Source of the DNA: Barthelona sp. PCE
Lineage: Eukaryota
Reading direction: 5' to 3'
DNA length: 64,000 nucleotides
Assembly (NCBI GenBank): GCA_040285745.1
Contig: JAUFOR010000008.1
Coordinates: 186,001-250,000, forward strand
The notes beneath the pieces are model-generated. The model ran no database searches and was not told the DNA's origin. It worked only from the letters and a program-made list of their open reading frames with translations. Numbering within the stretch: position 1 is the stretch's first letter; the number at the start of each line of letters is the position of its first letter. Position numbers and translations under genes: made by a program. This document shows, in pieces, positions 54,064 to 61,200 of this stretch.

Positions 54064-55533
54064 TTAGTAACCATAAAAACGAGTGTTGCTTTGGAACAGG
54101 TTGGAATTATTATAACGACGGTTGTTTGTAGTACGACGTCTGGTTTGTTGTTGGAAACCTTGCTGGAAACCTTGAGCCATGCCACCCATAGCACTCATCA
54201 TCGAACCCATCATCGAACCAAGACCTGAGGCAAGTGTGTTGCTGCCATGCATAACGTTAGGATGCTGAGGCTGTTGAATTTGGAATGAAGTACCCTGCTG
54301 ATACTGGGGTTGTTGGTACTGGGGTTGTTGAGGTTGCTGGTATTGGGGTTGAGGCTGGTACTGGGGTTGAGGCTGGTACTGGGGTTGAGGCTGGTATTGA
54401 GGTTGAGGCTGTTGGTACTGAGGCTGGGGTTGGGGTTGATACTGAGGTTGAGTAGGATATTGAGGTTGAGTAGAATATTGAGGTTGTCCCATTGGTTGTC
54501 CCATGGGGTTGGGCATAAAACCTCCATCATCAGGCATGGTGAATCCCTGGTTCGACTGGGTCTGAGTGTTTCCACACTGAGCATTGAGGCTCCACATGTC
54601 AACAAAACCACCGTTCTGCATCATTGATGAAAAAGCATTCTCCATTGCCATAGTGGTGTTGTTTTTGGGCTTTTGCATGAGGGGATGGATCGGAACGGAA
54701 TTCTGAGGACCACGCTCGGTTGTAGTACCTTGACGAGGGCAAGAGAACTTGGGAACGGTGTCAAGGCTTGCCTGGAATGTAATCTGACCAACAGGGTTGT
54801 TTGCTTTATCAACAACGCTAATGTTGTACTGCTTGGGTTGTGTGGGGTCGGCAGGGATCTGATCAAACGTGAAAGTGGCCGTACCAAACTTTGAATCACT
54901 TATCATACCCTTGTCCATGATATCAATAACGAAGGGACGTGACTCCAGTTCTCTGAACGTGGTTGCGATCGTCAAAGGATTGATATATTGGAATTGGTAC
55001 ATTTGATAGTTACCAACCTTCTCAGATTCGACTGATACATTATCTTCCTGCTCACGATGAACCTTGAGGTAAAGATTGACAGCACGAGCAAGTTGGACAG
55101 CAACGTTAGATATACCAACGCGAGTCTCAGTGATAGCTTCAGCGATACACTTGAAACTGACACGACCCTGAACAAACTGAGCTTGGTGGTCTTGGGGCAT
55201 AAAGAGAGCCATAGATCTTTGCTCAGGAGCAAGGAGCATGGCCTCGACGGTGAGGACGCTCATTCCAATCATCTGATCCTTACCAAACTCCTGGTCAAGA
55301 CACACAATCTTAAAGAAAACTTCACCAATACGTTCTTCATCAACTTCAAACTCAAAAACGAACTTGTCGTCAAATTGAGCGGACAAACAACGCTTAATTG
55401 TCTTGGTCTTAAACTCTTGCAGACCGTTCTTTGCTTCTACAGAAAAAACAACATAAGGGTCACTTGTACCATCCTCATTACGAGGAGCAAGGTTAGAAAC
55501 AGAAATATTATCAAGGAAACAACGTACACGCAT
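54064..55533 (-). CDS. Tandem C2-domain protein with PQYQ-repeat tail
   Basis: DGTSDPYV, second C2 domain, QPQY repeats. Confidence 0.85.
   Translation of the reverse strand: MRVRCFLDNISVSNLAPRNEDGTSDPYVVFSVEAKNGLQEFKTKTIKRCLSAQFDDKFVFEFEVDEERIGEVFFKIVCLDQEFGKDQMIGMSVLTVEAMLLAPEQRSMALFMPQDHQAQFVQGRVSFKCIAEAITETRVGISNVAVQLARAVNLYLKVHREQEDNVSVESEKVGNYQMYQFQYINPLTIATTFRELESRPFVIDIMDKGMISDSKFGTATFTFDQIPADPTQPKQYNISVVDKANNPVGQITFQASLDTVPKFSCPRQGTTTERGPQNSVPIHPLMQKPKNNTTMAMENAFSSMMQNGGFVDMWSLNAQCGNTQTQSNQGFTMPDDGGFMPNPMGQPMGQPQYSTQPQYPTQPQYQPQPQPQYQQPQPQYQPQPQYQPQPQYQPQPQYQQPQQPQYQQPQYQQGTSFQIQQPQHPNVMHGSNTLASGLGSMMGSMMSAMGGMAQGFQQGFQQQTRRRTTNNRRYNNSNLFQSNTRFYGY
54295..54500 (-). repeat. Coding Gln/Pro/Tyr tandem repeat
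   Basis: CAACCCCAGTACCAGCCT-like 18-bp units. Confidence 0.85.
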
Positions 55534-55935
55534 AATAATGTTAATTAGATGAGGTTAGAAAAGGGTATTCAACGTATACTTGCTTCAAAGACATTTTCTT
55601 GTCAGCTACAGCAGATTTGTATCATATACTTGTCATTTCATGGATTTCATCGGTTGAAATCGGTTCTATTCTTGGTAAACTAAAAAATATTTGATTTCAA
55701 CAATTTTGCAATACACTCACTCGCAACCCCCTTGTAATAATGAAACAGCCATGATGGCGAGATGCAATTAGTTCTTTTGAAATAATAAAGAGGAATGGGC
55801 TTTATAGGAGTCAAGCACCATGTAAGAACTTTTACAGTACTCTATTGATTCAGAATATATTTTTTCAGTCAATTTTCAAGCCTCTTATCCATAAATTGTG
55901 AAAAATTGTGAAAAAAAAAAAATAGAAAATTTTAG

Positions 55936-56031
55936 GAAGCTATATCCATTGCAGGATAAATCCGAGGGTAAGACAATCAATTTTGAGGTTTCAACACGAT
56001 TTGTAAGATTCGGTATGCGCTTGCTAGCTTC
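55936..56031. ncRNA. Putative structured small RNA (island 0)
   Basis: Closing stem GAAGCTA/TAGCTTC; hairpin TATCC-ATTGCA-GGATA; AT-rich flanks. Confidence 0.35.
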
Positions 56032-56126
56032 AGAAATGATCAATAAAAAATTTCAACCGAACTTTATCATTAAAAAACCCACTCAAATTTTTCTAAATGG
56101 TACGCTTGTGAATAACTCATCCATGT

Positions 56127-56270
56127 TTATCCTCTATCCTACACCTTGGATGGTTTACTGAAGTGACAGCCTGCATGTTGGGAGGGCAGCAGAACTAAAC
56201 TGGGTACGGATCACGATACTGCCGCAGACTACGTATCCAGAGAGCCATGATTAACTGCTAACTATCTCAT
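56127..56270 (+). ncRNA. Unidentified structured RNA, copy 1
   Basis: Paralogue of 57691-57850 with a covarying stem. Confidence 0.55.
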
Positions 56271-56727
56271 TATTAAGAAAATATAATAAAAATATAATAA
56301 AAAACTTACCTGCGTTATAGGAAAAAAAAAATTCTTTACAGAAGTTATTAATATCCATTTAAATCATAACAAAAGATACATGACGTGGTGTTTAAACATA
56401 ATCTTGATTCACCATAGTTCCTTCCCTTACATGCAGCGGTAGTAAAGCCTGAAACTTTGATGATTTACAGAGATCTAAGTTTGGGTATGGTGCCACGAAG
56501 GGGTCACCGAGGTGGGTGTGCGGAAGTCCACAAATCCGACTCTCGATACTAATAAATAGGTATAAAATATACAAAAGAAAATAGGTAACCTTGATATAAG
56601 TGAACTAAGCTTGTAAATTTACTTCGGAGTTAGACACTTGTACGGGAGTTGCGAGCTCCCTCGAGTGCTATGCTTGCACTGAGAATTGTTCTAGAGCCCC
56701 TTTTTTTTAAAATAAAAGGGGAGAAAG

Positions 56728-56882
56728 AAATGATGCAAGTACTCACAGAGTACAAGAGGGAAGATCGCGTGTCTACTCCTCCAGTAGATTTACTCCTACG
56801 AAATAGCGTGTTATTCACAAGCGTGCCGCTTCGTGTTCCATTCTCTAATTGTTCATCAATCTGGGATCTTGAGGATCATTTT
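56728..56882 (+). ncRNA. Putative structured RNA ending in a T-run
   Basis: Terminal stem AAATGAT/ATCATTT; hairpins GTACTC/GAGTAC and TCTACT/AGTAGA. Confidence 0.35.
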
Positions 56883-57092
56883 TTTTTAAAAATAAAATTT
56901 TTTTAATAATAATAGATATATAAAATATTAGTAGTAATCATTTTTAATAAGGAGCTATTGCTTTTTTAGATACTAAAAACGTTATTACTATTTATTAAAA
57001 AAATATTTTCTTTAAGCAGGCAAACTTTCGAAATCAATATTTTGGTGACTTAAGAGATAATTACTAAATATTCGTTGAAAAAATTCCGAATA

Positions 57093-57173
57093 GCATGTAT
57101 GCGATAGCGGTTATTCGGTGCGCCTAGAAAGCGTGTGCCTCCGGGCTCCTAGGTTCAAATCCTAGTACATGCG
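57093..57173 (+). tRNA. tRNA-Ser(AGA)
   Basis: Acceptor GCATGTA/TACATGC, anticodon loop CT-AGA-AA, variable arm, CTAGG-TTCAAAT-CCTAG, TTTTT terminator. Confidence 0.93.
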
Positions 57174-57245
57174 TTTTTGCCAATTCAGAATTGTTTCCAC
57201 AAATAATTTAGAAACTTAAACATAATAATTGTTGATTTCCGTACA

Positions 57246-57316
57246 ACGCCTGTAGTTTAGTGGTAAAACTCATGGTTGCCATCCATGTGCCGGGGGTTCG
57301 ATTCCCCCCGGGTGTA
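57246..57316 (+). tRNA. tRNA-Gly(GCC)
   Basis: Acceptor ACGCCTG/CGGGTGT, CATGG-TTGCCAT-CCATG, GGGGG-TTCGATT-CCCCC, T-run. Confidence 0.93.
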
Positions 57317-57484
57317 CTTTTTTAGCTCACTTTTTGCGTGGTCTATCTTGGTCTGCCTTGGTCTAAAATAATTCAATGCAATCTTTTGTAGTCTGTGCAT
57401 ATTTTTATTAGTAATTCAACTTTTTTGAATGTCAACCAAATCATTACGACACATTCTTATTGTGCCAAAAAAACTATGCAAAAA

Positions 57485-57557
57485 TGAATGTGAGAAGAAT
57501 CGAACTCCCGGCCTCGTCGATGCTAACGACGCGCTACTACCACTGAGCTACACACTC
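57485..57557 (-). tRNA. tRNA-Ala(AGC), full length with a 1-nt D-arm insertion
   Basis: Acceptor GAGTGTG/CACATTC with G3:U70, CGTCG-TTAGCAT-CGACG, TTCGATT loop, TTTT after. Confidence 0.9.
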
Positions 57558-57690
57558 CAAACTCCAAATTGTTAGTTTGACGGAAAAGTTCAAGCCAAAG
57601 TGTCAAGTACCGTATTGGTTATTCACAATTTCCGGTCAGTTTTCTCCCCCATCTCACGTAATTAGAGGTTAAGTATATCGAAAATAGTGG

Positions 57691-57850
57691 TTATCCTCTA
57701 TCCTACACCTTGGATGGTTTACTGAAGTGACAGCCTGCATGTTGGGAGGGCAGACAGAACGAACCGTTAGACAGGACGGGTACGGATCAATCAAGATACC
57801 GCCGCACGCTACGTACCCGTAGAGCCATGATTAGTGGCTAACTGTCTCGC
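57691..57850 (+). ncRNA. Unidentified structured RNA, copy 2
   Basis: First ~60 nt identical to copy 1; perfect ACGGGTACG/CGTACCCGT stem. Confidence 0.55.
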
Positions 57851-57892
57851 TATTGAGAAAATATGATGAAATTTTTTGTAAAATTTCTTGAT

Positions 57893-58015
57893 AAAACTTA
57901 CCTGCGTTCTTTCTGCACTAGGATATAATTTATGCAGAAGATGATGAAAGACTTTCTTGGATAATCCAGCACAGAATGTGTGCGGAGTAGTTTTTTCCAA
58001 GCTCACGGAAAAACA
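57893..58015 (+). ncRNA. Possible divergent U1 snRNA
   Basis: ACTTACCTG followed by hairpin TTCTGCA/TGCAGAA, possible helix GCGTT/AATGT and a U-rich tract. Confidence 0.3.
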
Positions 58016-58212
58016 ACAAAAAGTTTCGAAGATTATGTTGAAATTTAACTTTCTGGTTTTTTGTCTTTTTTAATTTTTTGAATTCAGGAAAGAAATCGAA
58101 AAGCAGTTACTCGAGTCCGAGTAACTTAGCTAGGATTATTCTTTAACTCTCACTATCAGTGTATGTCATCTAGGTTTCGGGTGCATCAAGATTCCGATTG
58201 CCATCAACTACA

Positions 58213-61200
58213 TATAATCAAACGGTAGAGACCCACAGTTAGTTAAAAATTACTAATTAAACTTTTTTTTTTTTCAATAAATTTTACAACCCCTAAATTA
58301 ACTTATACAGCTTAATCATATACGCACACACAGTTACTGTACTATATATAACTCAAAAGCACTACTATTCTTTACTAATCGTTCATAGTTTTCTATGGGC
58401 ATTAGTAGCAAATGGCCTCCACCAAAACTTTTGAAAAGGTAGCAGTGCTCCCGGCCTCGTCGATGCTAACGACGCGCTCTACCACTGAGCTACACACTCC
58501 AAACTCCAAATTGTTAGTTTGACGGAAAAGTTCAAGCCAAAGTGTCAAGTACCGTATTGGTTATTCACAATTTCCGGTCAGTTTTCTCCCCCATCTCACG
58601 TAATTAGAGGTTAAGTATATCGAAAATAGTGGTATAATCAAACGGTAGAGACCCACAGTTAGTTAAAAATTACTAATTAAACTTTTTTTTTTTTCAATGA
58701 ATTTTACAACCCCTAAATTAACTTATACAGCTTAATCATATACGCACACACAGTTACTGTACTATATATAACTCAAAAGCACTACTATTCTTTACTAATC
58801 GTTCATAGTTTTCTATGGGCATTAGTAGCAAATGGCCTCCACCAAAACTTTTGAAAAGGTAGCAGTGCTCCCGGCCTCGTCGATGCTAACGACGCGCTCT
58901 ACCACTGAGCTACACACTCCAAACTCCAAATTGTTAGTTTGACGGAAAAGTTCAAGCCAAAGTGTCAAGTACCGTATTGGTTATTCACAATTTCCGGTCA
59001 GTTTTCTCCCCCATCTCACGTAATTAGAGGTTAAGTATACTGAAAATAGTGGAGTGATCAAACGATAGAGACCCACAGTTAGTTAAAAATTACTAATTAA
59101 ACTTTTTTTTTTTTCAATGAATTTTACAACCCCTAAATTAACTTATACAGCTTAATCATATACGCACACACAGTTACTGTACTATATATAACTCAAAAGC
59201 ACTACTATTCTTTACTAATCGTTCATAGTTTTCTATGGGCATTAGTAGCAAATGGCCTCCACCAAAACTTTTGAAAAGGTAGCAGTGCTCCCGGCCTCGT
59301 CGATGCTAACGACGCGCTCTACCACTGAGCTACACACTCCAAACTCCAAATTGTTAGTTTGACGGAAAAGTTCAAGCCAAAGTGTCAAGTACCGTATTGG
59401 TTATTCACAATTTCCGGTCAGTTTTCTCCCCATCTCACGTAATTAGAGGTTAAGTATATCGAAAATAGTGGTATAATCAAACGGTAGAGACCCACAGTTA
59501 GTTAAAAATTACTAATTAAACTTTTTTTTTTTCAATAAATTTTACAACCCCCTAAATTAACTTATACAGCTTAATCATATACGCACACACAGTTACTGTA
59601 CTATATATAACTCAAAAGCACTACTATTCTTTACTAATCGTTCATAGTTTTCTATGGGCATTAGTAGCAAATGGCCTCCACCAAAACTTTTGAAAGGTAG
59701 CAGTGCTCCCGGCCTCGTCGATGCTAACGACGCGCTACTACCACTGAGCTACACACTCAAACTCCAAATTGTTAGTTTGACGGAAAAGTTCAAGCCAAAG
59801 TGTCAAGTACCGTATTGGTTATTCACAATTTCCGGTCAGTTTTCTCCCCCATCTCACGTAATTAGAGGTTAAGTATATCGAAAATAGTGGTATAATCAAA
59901 CGGTAGAGACCCACAGTTAGTTAAAAATTACTAATTAAACTTTTTTTTTTTCAATAAATTTTACAACCCCTAAATTAACTTATACAGCTTAATCATATAC
60001 GCACACACAGTTACTGTACTATATATAACCAAAAAAGCACTACTATTCTTTACTAATCGTTCATAGTTTTCTATGGGCATTAGTAGCAAATGGCCTCCAC
60101 CAAAACTTTTTGAAAAGGTAGCAGTGCTCCCGGCCTCGTCGATGCTAACGACGCGCTCTACCACTGAGCTACACACTCCAAACTCCAAATTGTTAGTTTG
60201 ACGGAAAAGTTCAAGCCAAAGTGTCAAGTACCGTATTGGTTATTCACAATTTCCGGTCAGTTTTCTCCCCCATCTCACGTAATTAGAGGTTAAGTATATC
60301 GAAAATAGTGGTATAATCAAACGGTAGAGACCCACAGTTAGTTAAAAATTACTAATTAAACTTTTTTTTTTTTCAATGAATTTTACAACCCCTAAATTAA
60401 CTTATACAGCTTAATCATATACGCACACACAGTTACTGTACTATATATAACTCAAAAGCACTACTATTCTTTACTAATCGTTCATAGTTTTCTATGGGCA
60501 TTAGTAGCAAATGGCCTCCACCAAAACTTTTGAAAAGGTAGCAGTGCTCCCGGCCTCGTCGATGCTAACGACGCGCTCTACCACTGAGCTACACACTCCA
60601 AACTCCAAATTGTTAGTTTGACGGAAAAGTTCAAGCCAAAGTGTCAAGTACCGTATTGGTTATTCACAATTTCCGGTCAGTTTTCTCCCCATCTCACGTA
60701 ATTAGAGGTTAAGTATATCGAAAATAGTGGTATAATCAAACGGTAGAGACCCACAGTTAGTTAAAAATTACTAATTAAACTTTTTTTTTTCAATAAATTT
60801 TACAACCCCTAAATTAACTTATACAGCTTAATCATATACGCACACACAGTTACTGTACTATATATAACTCAAAAGCACTACTATTCTTTTACTAATCGTT
60901 CATAGTTTTCTATGGGCATTAGTAGCAAATGGCCTCCACCAAAACTTTTGAAAAGGTAGCAGTGCTCCCGGCCTCGTCGATGCTAACGACGCGCTCTACC
61001 ACTGAGCTACACACTCCAAACTCCAAATTGTTAGTTTGACGGAAAAGTTCAAGCCAAAGTGTCAAGTACCGTATTGGTTATTCACAATTTCCGGTCAGTT
61101 TTCTCCCCCATCTCACGTAATTAGAGGTTAAGTATATCGAAAATAGTGGTATAATCAAACGGTAGAGACCCACAGTTAGTTAAAAATTACTAATTAAACT

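Noticed and set aside
51434-54194. Long N-terminal extensions in the ORF track causing gene overlaps
   Set aside because: They rely on non-ATG or out-of-context starts; downstream ATGs at 52186 and 53987 remove the overlaps
1-55533. Reassigned TAA/TAG code as in hexamitids
   Set aside because: Conserved proteins end at TAA, TAG or TGA at expected positions and have no internal stops
56143-56161. CCTTGGATG...CTGA as U14 domain B
   Set aside because: Spacing to CTGA is wrong and U14 domain A is absent
56466-56510. ACAGAGA as U6 snRNA
   Set aside because: No AGC triad or internal stem-loop follows
57339-57364. Triple TGGTCT with a 10-bp period
   Set aside because: Too short to distinguish from chance
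58286-58296. AACCCCTAAA as telomere repeat or telomerase template
   Set aside because: One copy per unit, not tandem, and no supporting context
59654-60227. Short ORFs in the array
   Set aside because: They exist only because of homopolymer indels in single units and overlap the tRNA remnant
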